64,000 nt of DNA. Origin: Flavobacteriales bacterium (lineage in GTDB: Bacteria > Bacteroidota > Bacteroidia > Palsa-965). Shown in pieces: positions 1 to 9,803 of this stretch; the stretch's first letter is position 1; each line of letters opens with the position of its first letter. The notes under the pieces were generated by a model. That model saw nothing but the letters and a program-made list of their open reading frames with translations. It was not told the DNA's origin and did no database searches. The DNA lies in the NCBI GenBank assembly GCA_040377305.1, contig JBEIPA010000018.1, positions 32,001 through 96,000 of the forward strand, given 5' to 3'. A program made the translations under genes and the position numbers.

Positions 1-2235
1 GGTCAACCCTTCCGCAACATGGCAAACCCGAATCAATTTCAGTGTGCAGACACTTACGGAGGAACCTGGTTTAACAACGGCGATATCGTCCACTACGATA
101 GCGGAATTCAGAACTACATGTTCTATTTGCTGTGTACCGGAGGATCGGGCACAAATGACATCGGAAACAATTTCAACGTGAGCGGAATTAACATGCTGGA
201 CGCGTGCTCAATCATGTATCGTAGTCTTACCGTTTACCTCACACCGAATTCTACATTTGCAGACGCAGGAATGTACGGCGAACAATCAGCAGTCGATTTG
301 TTTGGTCAGTGTTCAAACGAACAAATCCAAACTGCGAATGCGTGGTATGCAGTTGGAATCGGAAATCCATTCAGCGGAGTGGTAACTGCAAACTTTATGG
401 CCATTCCTTCTATGTCTTGTTCAGCTCCGGCAACAATTTCATTCGTGAATACAGGTTGGAACGGAACAACATGGCAGTGGGACTTTGGTGATGCAGGGAC
501 TTCTACTCAGCAATCACCAACACACACTTATTTGAATCCGGGAAGCTACGATGTAACGCTGATCGCAACAGGAATTGGAAATTGTGTAGGTGCTGATACA
601 ATGACCATCGTCAATGCAGTTACAGTGAACAACGTTCCGGGACCTGTACCTGCAACGTGCAATCCGGCGACCACAAACTATTGTTGCGCAAGCGGAATCC
701 TCAATGTGACATTCAATACGATCAACTACACGTCCAACGATGCTATCGACAATTACAGTGATTTCACGTGCGCCGATTCTACATTGCTTGTCGCAGGAGA
801 TCCGTACAGCTTAACTGTAACAACCGGAGGCGCAGCGACATCAACCGATGATGAAGCCGTTTCTGTTTTCATCGATTATGACAACGACGGGGCATTCACT
901 TCTCCCGGAGAAATGGTTTACTCCGACAGTGGCAGTGTCGGTGGACTTCACACAGGATGGATCAACACTTCCGTAAACGCTACATTAAACACACGTCTTC
1001 GTATGCGCGTGATTTCCGACGTCGCTACCAATAACATCACTGGAGGTTGTTATGCACCTGTACGCGGACAAGTTGAAGATTACATGGTGTACTTCACGCC
1101 GAATACTCTTCCGCCGGATGCAAACTTCACGGCCAATATTTTCACGGTTCCGGTTGGAGGAACAGTAAACTTTACGGATCTCACAATTCATGCACCAACA
1201 ACCTGGAACTGGACGTTCACGGGTGGTACACCGGGAAATTCGGGCACACAAAATCCTGTGGGTGTTCAGTACAACACAGCAGGATTGTATCCCGTGAAAC
1301 TCGTTGCAACAAACGGTTTCGGATCAGATTCAATTACGCAGATTCAATACATCAACGTAGTGAATACGGCAAACATCTGTCAGCAGACAACAATGACTTC
1401 CTTGTCCGGAAGCCTGTATGACTCTGGTGGTCCAAACGGAAACTACGTCGACAATGAAAATTGCTCCTTCCTCATCAATCCGGGGTGTTCAGATAGTCTT
1501 ACGCTCACCTTCTCTCAATTTGATCTCGAGCTCAATTGGGACTATCTGTACATCTACGACGGAACGACAACAGCGGCTCCATTGCTCGGCGTTTACACAG
1601 GAAATGTATTACCGCCTACGTTTACGTCTGTGAGTGGTTCATTCTTCATTGTGTTTACTTCAGATGTGTCAATTATTCGTCCGGGATTCACAGCAACGTG
1701 GAATTCAGTTGCAGTCGGAGCAGCGCCAGCAGCAAGCTTCAGCTACATGCCTGTTGTACCTCCTGCAAGCACACCGGTTCAGTTTACAGATCAATCGCTC
1801 AATCAACCTACAAGTTGGTTTTGGGATTTCGGTGATGCCGGAACATCAACTGCACAGAGTCCAACGCACGTTTATGCAAATGCCGGAAGCTATACAGTAA
1901 CCCTGGTAGTTTGCAATTGCGTTTCGTGTGATACAGTAACGTATCTCATCAATGTTGTTCCAAATGGAATTGAAGAACAAGCTTTCTCTGCATTCGAAGT
2001 ATTCCCTGTTCCATTCAGCGAACACACCACATTGATGTTGGGCGAAGGAATTGATCCGACTTCTGTAACGATTGGTGTAACCGACATTGCAGGAAGAACG
2101 GTTCAGACTTTGAAACCTGTTACACGCATGACAACCATTCACCGCAATGGAATGAACTCCGGCGTGTACTTCGTGAATGTTTACAATTCAACAGGCAGCA
2201 TGATCGGCACACGCAGAATTGTGATCACTGATTAG
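1..2235 (+). CDS. M4 (thermolysin-like) metallopeptidase, 5'-truncated, with PKD, GEVED and CUB-like domains and a T9SS type A C-terminal domain
   Basis: Frame is open from base 1 (GQPFRNMANP). VHYDSGIQNYMFYLL resembles the M4 C-terminal VHxNSGI motif; WQWDFGD PKD motifs; RGQVEDY (GEVED-like); DSGG..Y.DNENC CUB-like; C-terminal FPVPF..SGVYFV..IVITD. The HExxH motif would lie outside the window. Confidence 0.85.
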   Translation, partial: GQPFRNMANPNQFQCADTYGGTWFNNGDIVHYDSGIQNYMFYLLCTGGSGTNDIGNNFNVSGINMLDACSIMYRSLTVYLTPNSTFADAGMYGEQSAVDLFGQCSNEQIQTANAWYAVGIGNPFSGVVTANFMAIPSMSCSAPATISFVNTGWNGTTWQWDFGDAGTSTQQSPTHTYLNPGSYDVTLIATGIGNCVGADTMTIVNAVTVNNVPGPVPATCNPATTNYCCASGILNVTFNTINYTSNDAIDNYSDFTCADSTLLVAGDPYSLTVTTGGAATSTDDEAVSVFIDYDNDGAFTSPGEMVYSDSGSVGGLHTGWINTSVNATLNTRLRMRVISDVATNNITGGCYAPVRGQVEDYMVYFTPNTLPPDANFTANIFTVPVGGTVNFTDLTIHAPTTWNWTFTGGTPGNSGTQNPVGVQYNTAGLYPVKLVATNGFGSDSITQIQYINVVNTANICQQTTMTSLSGSLYDSGGPNGNYVDNENCSFLINPGCSDSLTLTFSQFDLELNWDYLYIYDGTTTAAPLLGVYTGNVLPPTFTSVSGSFFIVFTSDVSIIRPGFTATWNSVAVGAAPAASFSYMPVVPPASTPVQFTDQSLNQPTSWFWDFGDAGTSTAQSPTHVYANAGSYTVTLVVCNCVSCDTVTYLINVVPNGIEEQAFSAFEVFPVPFSEHTTLMLGEGIDPTSVTIGVTDIAGRTVQTLKPVTRMTTIHRNGMNSGVYFVNVYNSTGSMIGTRRIVITD

Positions 2236-3712
2236 GTGATCGCAGTTCTGCTGTTTTCTTCATCCACGATTCAAAGTCGAAGTATTTCGCGAGCAGTTTC
2301 TCGTTAGGATCCTGCTGCAGTTTCCGAAATGCACTCCACTCTGTAATGCAACGCATTTTCTTCTCACGTGCCGGAACTTTCTCATACATCGCTTCCAGAA
2401 AGCGCACAACCGATTCCGCCGATTTGAAGAATCCGTTTTTGCTCAACCAACGTTGAGTCGATTTCATCTGATACCCAAGATTGGCTTCTTTGTTTTGCCA
2501 ATGTATAATCAGCAACATCAGCTTTGCCGTTACCATAATTTCCGGCAGAGGCTGCACTGTAGTTCGTACCGATGCAATTCGGTTCAACCAGCGCGCTGAT
2601 CCCCGAAAATCTTTTCCGCCAAACAACAACAACGCCAGCGACAAAACAAGTTCATATTGCTCGCCCTGATAATATTCCCCGAACTTTCTCAACCCTTGCT
2701 CAACCGATTTCACCAACGGAATTCCTTTCTTATAATCCTGCTTGCGTGAGTAAATCTGAATTTCGGCTTCATGGGTATTGAGAAACATTCTTGCAGACAT
2801 AGCCTCATTCTTTAGCTTGTACTTGTCCATGTACGTACGTTGAACCGCAATCCAGTCCATCGCTTCGTCAAATTGCTTTTGCGCAATACACGTGTTCACA
2901 ATGTTGTTGATGTTGCTGTTGTAGATGTGCGGTATATCCAGAATAAACCAGGGATGCTTTTCCAGGTAGTCATGAATCAGCGCGTAGTTCTTCTTTCGCT
3001 CTTCGTGATTGGTAAAGAAAGCGGCTGCAGTCGCCAAAGCAGAATAGTAATAGTAGATCGTAAGAAAAGTTCTCGTCTTATCTTTCTCTGCCTGCTTCAT
3101 GATCTTACTCATAGCAGAAACGAGCTCATTGAGTGTCGATTGCTGAACTTTTCCGGCAGCAAGAAGATTACGAATCCGAAACGAATATTGCATGATCTGC
3201 GCTTGCACATCCATCAATGCGATAACGGTTCGCTCTTCCTGAATAACCTTATCGATTTCTGCCATGCCGCCCGTTAGTGAAAGCAGAGACGCCTCCCAGC
3301 GAATAAATGATAAAGCAGGAAATAATTTCTCCAGCTTCATGGTCTCTGCTTTGCCTTTGCGTGTAACCTTCAGACAAGTCTTGAACAGTTTCTTCTCAGC
3401 AAGTACATCCAGCGAAATCAGCTTCTGATACACGGCAATTGAAGGTCGGTTCCGGTGAAAATGAATCAGCGAATCAACAACCAGATTCTGCAGGTAATTC
3501 TTTTCCGTTGCGAATCGAAGTTTACCGGCTTTATCGAGATTGCTCTTTAATGATTTCTCGTCATACACGGATTGCTCCAGAATGGTATCGAACAAATCAA
3601 CGTAGCTGTTGCCTTCCTTTCCTTCGTGCCGCTGCGAAAGTAACTTGAAGTGTCGTTTCTCATTCATTGACAATGAATGAACCAACTCGTGTAATTCCGA
3701 TGAAGATTTCAT
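2225..3712 (-). CDS. Helical/TPR-like hypothetical protein (Bacteroidota 'SLSxxEKRxFK' type), possible regulator
   Basis: 495-aa ORF, no signal peptide, N-terminal LHELVHSLSMNEKRHFK, helical-repeat character, C-terminal YFDFESWM. Confidence 0.7.
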   Translation of the reverse strand: MKSSSELHELVHSLSMNEKRHFKLLSQRHEGKEGNSYVDLFDTILEQSVYDEKSLKSNLDKAGKLRFATEKNYLQNLVVDSLIHFHRNRPSIAVYQKLISLDVLAEKKLFKTCLKVTRKGKAETMKLEKLFPALSFIRWEASLLSLTGGMAEIDKVIQEERTVIALMDVQAQIMQYSFRIRNLLAAGKVQQSTLNELVSAMSKIMKQAEKDKTRTFLTIYYYYSALATAAAFFTNHEERKKNYALIHDYLEKHPWFILDIPHIYNSNINNIVNTCIAQKQFDEAMDWIAVQRTYMDKYKLKNEAMSARMFLNTHEAEIQIYSRKQDYKKGIPLVKSVEQGLRKFGEYYQGEQYELVLSLALLLFGGKDFRGSARWLNRIASVRTTVQPLPEIMVTAKLMLLIIHWQNKEANLGYQMKSTQRWLSKNGFFKSAESVVRFLEAMYEKVPAREKKMRCITEWSAFRKLQQDPNEKLLAKYFDFESWMKKTAELRSPNQ

Positions 3713-3902
3713 ACGTCTGAGGTCTAATAATAATGCCGGACATTATATCCGCATATATCTCAAATATAGCCCATTTAAGCATCCTTCTACCTTCTGAAAC
3801 CTTATATAAATTGACCTTTTCCCTCCCATAAATTGCTTCCTCAACAGTCCGGGAATATATTTGATTAAGCCTTATAAACTTGCCACACTGAAAACCCGGT
3901 TC

Positions 3903-6900
3903 ATGAACGCAAATCGTTTACTATTGAAACGTATTCTACTTTCTGCAGCAACTGCACTACTGATGTGCACGTCGCTTGTTGCACAAAGCAGCACCAACTG
4001 GACAATCAACTTCCAGGATGCAGGTTCCTTCGTTGAGAACAAAGGACAGTTTTACATTCCCGGCAGCTCAATAAAAAACGCAGATGTCCTTTACGCCATT
4101 GATGATGGAAACACACGGGTGTTCTTTACCAAACGTGGTGTGTCCATTCTTATGACGGACATGAATAAGCGCAAGAAAACAGAAGAAGAAAAAGCAGAAG
4201 AGCTACGTTCAGATGTGAAATGCAAATCAAACCGTGTAACTGTGAAGAACGATTACATTCACATGAACTGGATCAACAGCAATGCAGATGTGAAAGTTGT
4301 CGTGTCGGAACAGACTGCTGATTTTCATTCTTACTCCGTGAAAGACGCAACCGGCAACTGGATAAACACCAACAACATCTTAGGCTATAAGAAACTGACC
4401 TATTTCGGAGTTTATCCCGGCATTGACATTGAATACACGATTCATCCTGAAAAAGGTTTTAAGTACACACTAATTGTCCACCCCGGTGCCGACGTTTCAA
4501 AATTCAGCGTTCAGTATACCGATGCAGCCGGAATGTCAATTGATCCTTCCGGAAACCTTTTAATTCCTTCACTCTTCGGAAATGTAATTGATCACGCACC
4601 GGTTACTTATTACGCAGCAAACAAAACAACAATCGGTTCTTCGTTCGTACTCGACAACAATGTTGTTTCATTCAAGCTTGACTATTACGATCATTCGAAA
4701 CAAATCATCATTGATCCATGGACAGTAACACCTGCATTTGGCAACAGCAACAAAATATGGGAGTGTGAACATGATGCTGCCGGAAACGTCTACCTCTACG
4801 GTGGTGATTCACCTATGCGACTGCGTAAATACAATTCTGCCGGAACTTTGCAATGGACATTCAATACTGCATGGGATACATCCGGTTTCTGGGTTGGCAG
4901 TTTTGTTACTGATCAGTCAGGTGCATCCTATTGCACTTCCGGTTCCAACGGAGAAATTGTAAAAGTGAGCACGGCTGGTGCACAAGTTTGGTTCAACAAT
5001 CCGAATGGTTTGTTCGGTCCTTTGTTCGAATATTGGCACCTGACTTTGAACTGCGACGAAACGCAACTTGTTGTTGGTGGCATGCGCGCCCCGAACCCAT
5101 TCTCAATTAACAACTATCGGGGAGCGGTGATGAATATCAATCTGGCCAATGGAGCTGTACTCGGTTTTGTTCCGGTAGGTTGGGTTGCAGGTATAAACAT
5201 TAAAGAAGTGAAAACCATTACGTGGTCGCCGAACGGCAATTACTATTTCCTTACGTTGGATTCCATTGGATGCGTAACTCCTGCATTAACGTTAAGCTGG
5301 AAAACAATAAGCGGATATGGTTTCTCCTATGGAACCTGTGGTTATGGCGTAACGAATCAAGGCATCAGCGCAATCCGTTGTACTGCCGCGGATATTTACA
5401 CCCAGAATGGTACATCTGTTCACCGCAGGAATATTGCCAATGGTGCAATCACCGCAACCGCATCCATTCCCGGTGGTGCAGCAAACAACACTTTCGGAAA
5501 TTCACCACTCAACAGCGGACTCGATCTCGATTTGTGTGGTAACGTTTATGCAGGATCATCCAATCAGGTTGTGAAGTACGACGCAGCATTGAATCAGCTT
5601 GCAACAGCTGCGACTACCGCTGCTGTTTATGATGTTAGCGTAAACATCGGAGGTGAAGTCATTGTTTGCGGACCTGGATATGCTTCATCAATTAACATGA
5701 CCGCGTGTGCACCAGTCGTAATTAACTGCAGCACAACAGTACCGATGAGTACAACACAAAACCAATCAAACATTACGTGCTTTGGTCAGTGTACAGGACA
5801 AGCTTCTGTTACAGCTAGCGGCGGTAACGGAGTTTACACGTATGCATGGGCACCATCGGGCGGAAACGCTTCTTCAGCCACAGGACTTTGCCAGGGAACG
5901 TACACGTGTACCGTTACAGACGGATTGGGTGCAACAATAACCGCAACGTTCAACATCACTGCGCCTTCTGCAATTACCGGTACCACTTCTTCCTCTGCAG
6001 CTACCTGTGGTAATAACAACGGAAGCGCTTCAGTGAATGCATCAGGTGGAACAGGTGTACTTACATACTCATGGGCTCCATCAGGAGGTACTGCATCAAC
6101 CGCAAGCAACATTGCCGGAGGTAACTACACTGTTACAGTAACGGATGCAAGCGGATGTACAAACACGTTTACCGTAAACGTCCCAACTTCCGGTGGACCA
6201 ACAACCAGCGTTCAATCGCAAGGTGATGTTTCCTGTTTCGGTGGGAATGATGGAACCGGAACAATTACTGCAAGTGGCAATGGACCATTCACCTACAATT
6301 GGGCACCAACTGGCGGTAGCGCTGTAACAGCAACCAATCTTACTGCGCAGGTTTACACCGTTACAGTTACAGACAACAATGGATGTACAAGCACACAAAC
6401 CGTTGCGATAACAGAACCTACTGCAGTCGCACCGTCCATCAGTGCATTCACGGATGCAACATGCGGCAACAACGATGGCACTGCAACGGCGAACGCTACT
6501 GGTGGTGTTGGTCCTTACACGTACGCATGGGCTCCGTCAGGCGGTAACGCTGCGGCTGCAATTAATCTTGGTGCCGGAATTTATACGGTTACAGTAACTG
6601 ATGCGAACAACTGTACATCGACTACAACTGTTTCCATTGCGAACGTGGGTGCTCCGGTTGTTACAACACAATCTTTAATTGATGTCAGCTGTTTTGGACT
6701 CACCGATGGAAGTGCAACAATTTCTGCAACGGGTAACGGACCTTTCACTTACACATGGACTCCAACGGGCGGTAACGCTGCAACTGCAACAAACCTCGCA
6801 CAAGGAGCATACACGGTTACTGTTACCGACAATGGTGGATGTACTGCGATTCATACAGTCACCATTTCGGAACCAACACAAATCACATCGACCATCACAC

Positions 6901-8060
6901 CACAAGATGCAACCTGTGGAAACAGCAACGGAACAGCGAGTATCACTCCGACTGGCGGAACAGGTCCGTACACGTACATGTGGAGCAACACACAAACTAC
7001 GCAGCAAATCACAGGACTTGCGGCAGGTTCTTATTCCGTAGTTGTAACAGATGCGAATGGTTGTACTTCAACTGCGTCAACCACACTACTGAATAACGGT
7101 GCGCCGAGCATCCAGGTTACCTCGCAAACAGATCCAACCTGCTTCGGCATAACAAATGGAGCCGCTGCAATTCTCGCTACAGGCGGAACGGGTCCGTTTA
7201 CTTACAACTGGTCTCCTTCCGGCGGCACAGGTTCTTCTGCAACCGGTCTTGGTGCAGGAACATATACGGTGATCGTTACAGGATCCGATGGTTGCACGCA
7301 AACACAAACGATCACGCTCACCACACCACCTGCCATTGTTTCAACAACTTCATCTACACCTGATGATTGTAATTCCAGCAATGGAAGCGCTGTGATATCC
7401 GTCTCCGGCGGTAATCCGGGATATGTACTTGCCTGGAGCACGGGTAGCAGCAATGATACGCTTACAAATCTTACCGCAGGAACTTACACGTGCACGGTTA
7501 CCGATGCAAACGGATGTACAACAGTTGCAACAGTGTTAGTTGGAACAAGCGGATCTGTTACAGCTAATGCAGGTGTTGACGTAAACATTCTGCAAGGACA
7601 AACGACGCCACTCACGGGTACCGGAGGAAATTCCTGGAGTTGGTCGCCTGCTGGTTCTCTGGATTGTGCAACGTGTCAGAATCCAAACGCTACACCAAAC
7701 GTAACAACCACATACATTCTTACTGTGACGGATTCGCTGGGATGTACGGATACAGATACAGTAACCGTGTTTGTTGAAATCCAGTGCGGTGATCTTTTCT
7801 TACCAACTGCGTTCTCACCAAACGGAGACGGAGAAAACGACATTTACTGCGTGCGTAGCAATTGCATCAAAACAGTGCAGTTTGAAATTTACAATCGATG
7901 GGGAGAGAAAGTCTTTGAGACAACCAATCCGGAAATTTGCTGGGATGGATATTGGCGAGACAAACCATGTGAAGCTGCAGTGTTCACGTATTTCATCCGC
8001 GGCGAAATGATTGACGGAAGTCCGATTGACGGTCAGGGAAATATCACACTTGTAAAATAA
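3903..8060 (+). CDS. Large T9SS type B cargo (gliding-motility-associated C-terminal domain) with N-terminal FVENKGQ domain and SprB-like repeats
   Basis: Signal-peptide-like N-terminus; many GGxxPYTYxW..YTVTVTDxNGC repeats; C-terminal PTAFSPNGDGEND..IYNRWG..WDG..GNITLVK; followed by a PorP/SprF gene. ATG at 3903 preferred over TTG at 3861. Confidence 0.9.
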   Translation: MNANRLLLKRILLSAATALLMCTSLVAQSSTNWTINFQDAGSFVENKGQFYIPGSSIKNADVLYAIDDGNTRVFFTKRGVSILMTDMNKRKKTEEEKAEELRSDVKCKSNRVTVKNDYIHMNWINSNADVKVVVSEQTADFHSYSVKDATGNWINTNNILGYKKLTYFGVYPGIDIEYTIHPEKGFKYTLIVHPGADVSKFSVQYTDAAGMSIDPSGNLLIPSLFGNVIDHAPVTYYAANKTTIGSSFVLDNNVVSFKLDYYDHSKQIIIDPWTVTPAFGNSNKIWECEHDAAGNVYLYGGDSPMRLRKYNSAGTLQWTFNTAWDTSGFWVGSFVTDQSGASYCTSGSNGEIVKVSTAGAQVWFNNPNGLFGPLFEYWHLTLNCDETQLVVGGMRAPNPFSINNYRGAVMNINLANGAVLGFVPVGWVAGINIKEVKTITWSPNGNYYFLTLDSIGCVTPALTLSWKTISGYGFSYGTCGYGVTNQGISAIRCTAADIYTQNGTSVHRRNIANGAITATASIPGGAANNTFGNSPLNSGLDLDLCGNVYAGSSNQVVKYDAALNQLATAATTAAVYDVSVNIGGEVIVCGPGYASSINMTACAPVVINCSTTVPMSTTQNQSNITCFGQCTGQASVTASGGNGVYTYAWAPSGGNASSATGLCQGTYTCTVTDGLGATITATFNITAPSAITGTTSSSAATCGNNNGSASVNASGGTGVLTYSWAPSGGTASTASNIAGGNYTVTVTDASGCTNTFTVNVPTSGGPTTSVQSQGDVSCFGGNDGTGTITASGNGPFTYNWAPTGGSAVTATNLTAQVYTVTVTDNNGCTSTQTVAITEPTAVAPSISAFTDATCGNNDGTATANATGGVGPYTYAWAPSGGNAAAAINLGAGIYTVTVTDANNCTSTTTVSIANVGAPVVTTQSLIDVSCFGLTDGSATISATGNGPFTYTWTPTGGNAATATNLAQGAYTVTVTDNGGCTAIHTVTISEPTQITSTITPQDATCGNSNGTASITPTGGTGPYTYMWSNTQTTQQITGLAAGSYSVVVTDANGCTSTASTTLLNNGAPSIQVTSQTDPTCFGITNGAAAILATGGTGPFTYNWSPSGGTGSSATGLGAGTYTVIVTGSDGCTQTQTITLTTPPAIVSTTSSTPDDCNSSNGSAVISVSGGNPGYVLAWSTGSSNDTLTNLTAGTYTCTVTDANGCTTVATVLVGTSGSVTANAGVDVNILQGQTTPLTGTGGNSWSWSPAGSLDCATCQNPNATPNVTTTYILTVTDSLGCTDTDTVTVFVEIQCGDLFLPTAFSPNGDGENDIYCVRSNCIKTVQFEIYNRWGEKVFETTNPEICWDGYWRDKPCEAAVFTYFIRGEMIDGSPIDGQGNITLVK

Positions 8061-8068
8061 GCTGAGCC

Positions 8069-9103
8069 ATGAAGAAACTTTCAATCATCGCGATCGGAAT
8101 GCTCAGCCTAAGTGCTGTTGCAATTGCACAAGACGTTCACTTTTCCCAAAGCACGGAAGCTCCTCTCCTGCTCAATCCTTCTCAGGCAGGAATGGGTCAT
8201 GATGTTCTGGTAACGCTCAATTACAAGACGCAGTGGAAAAGTGTGACTACACCTTACAAAACACTTAACGCAGGTGCCGATTTTACCGTGTGGGGACAAG
8301 CAAATGAAAACCACATGGGCATTGGTGTAAACGTTTTCACAGACAAAGCAGGTGACGGCTCCATGAATACTACCATGGGCAGTCTCAACATTGCGGGCGT
8401 GCTTCGCGCGAGCGGCAACAACTTAATCTCAGGTGGAATTGCCTGTGGATTTGGTCAGCGTCGTCTTACTGAAAATTTCTCGTGGGATAATCAGTATGAC
8501 GGAATGCACTACATCCCGGGTGCCCCGAACGGTGAACCAGGTTCATTTCTCAATCACAATATGCTGGATGTCTCTGCAGGAGTTAGTTGGTACTATGGCA
8601 ACAAGACTTCCACAATCAGTTCCAACGATGCGAGAATTTTTAATGTGGGATTTGCGCTGCAACACATTAATCGTCCGCAATACAGTTTCTACGGAAATTC
8701 AACTGAACGCTTACCCATGCGCTTCATTGCTCATGGTAAAGCAGCAATCGGAATTAAGAACTACAGCGTGATTCTGGAACCATCTTATTTAGTGATGATT
8801 CAAGCTGGTCACCGTGAAATTACTCCGGGCCTCATTGTAAAATACACTCCGCGGGAAGCGTCGCGCTACACAGGGCGTGTAAAAGCGTCTGCGTTTTGCC
8901 TCGGAGGTTATTACCGTCACAAAGATGCATTTGCTGCTTGCGCCCGATACGAGTATTCGTTCTGGTCAGCCGGATTTAGTTATGACATTAACGTATCCAA
9001 CCTTCGCTCTGCAAGTCATGCAAAAGGTGGATTCGAAATTTCCTTACGCTTCATGTCGCCAGATCCTTTTGGACACAAGACAACACGAAGAATGATTGAC
9101 TGA
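8069..9103 (+). CDS. PorP/SprF family T9SS membrane protein
   Basis: AQDVHFSQ..PLLLNPSQAG, NYKTQW, SYDINVS.L..GGFEISL; directly downstream of type B cargo. Confidence 0.9.
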   Translation: MKKLSIIAIGMLSLSAVAIAQDVHFSQSTEAPLLLNPSQAGMGHDVLVTLNYKTQWKSVTTPYKTLNAGADFTVWGQANENHMGIGVNVFTDKAGDGSMNTTMGSLNIAGVLRASGNNLISGGIACGFGQRRLTENFSWDNQYDGMHYIPGAPNGEPGSFLNHNMLDVSAGVSWYYGNKTSTISSNDARIFNVGFALQHINRPQYSFYGNSTERLPMRFIAHGKAAIGIKNYSVILEPSYLVMIQAGHREITPGLIVKYTPREASRYTGRVKASAFCLGGYYRHKDAFAACARYEYSFWSAGFSYDINVSNLRSASHAKGGFEISLRFMSPDPFGHKTTRRMID

Positions 9104-9262
9104 TTGCAACCAGAAAACACTGGAGCATAGCTGAGGATCTCCAGGTTCTGTTTGTGCGTTGAGTAAAAGCGATGGGTGTGTTCTGATGATCGCGAAATGT
9201 GATATCAGAATCCCTGCAAACTGTGTGGAGTTCGTTGGTATACACTCCATCGCTTTTATTTG

Positions 9263-9427
9263 TTATTCAGGCTTGTCAGCTTTGCGATCACCTTTCTTCG
9301 ACTTGTCCCCTTTGTTTCCTGTCTCCTTGCTGTGACGTGAATCCATATCGTCACGAATTTCCGGACGTGGCTTCTTCGAGTGCCCCTGTTTGCTTTGCAT
9401 GTTGTTGGTGCTTCTTGAACCTTTCAT
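9263..9427 (-). CDS. Small hydrophilic protein, 54 aa (MKGSRSTNNMQSKQGHSKKPRPEIRDDMDSRHSKETGNKGDKSKKGDRKADKPE), not in the ORF track
   Basis: Translated by hand from ATG 9427 to TAA 9263; A-rich leader; long hairpin downstream at 9164-9258. Confidence 0.6.
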   Translation of the reverse strand: MKGSRSTNNMQSKQGHSKKPRPEIRDDMDSRHSKETGNKGDKSKKGDRKADKPE

Positions 9428-9803
9428 AAGTTTTCTGTTTAGAAGAAAAACAGCCTCGGTCCTTCCGAAGCTGTCCGAATATGCTCTTTCCCTTCGAAGT
9501 GTAATCGAGATTTACACTGGTCAAGTTATGAGGGTTTATTTCTCAGACCTCTCTGATAAAATCTCCCCTGAAGTGCATCAAATACACAGATACTCCTGCA
9601 AGCCCGGCTCCATTCTTCACATCTATGGAAATCCCTGAAATTCGAAGGTGATCGCTGCACAGCAAACAGAAATGCATCCACAGAATGTGCAAGAATTTTC
9701 CCGTGGGAAATCCAATTGATATAACGCAGGCACTAATGTGACAATGATCATGTCGCAGAAGGTAATTTGGTCGGAGGTTTGAGTTCTACAACAAAAGTGC
9801 TCT

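Noticed and set aside
5700-7560. DNA repeats in the large T9SS gene
   Set aside because: Explained by ordinary SprB-like protein repeats
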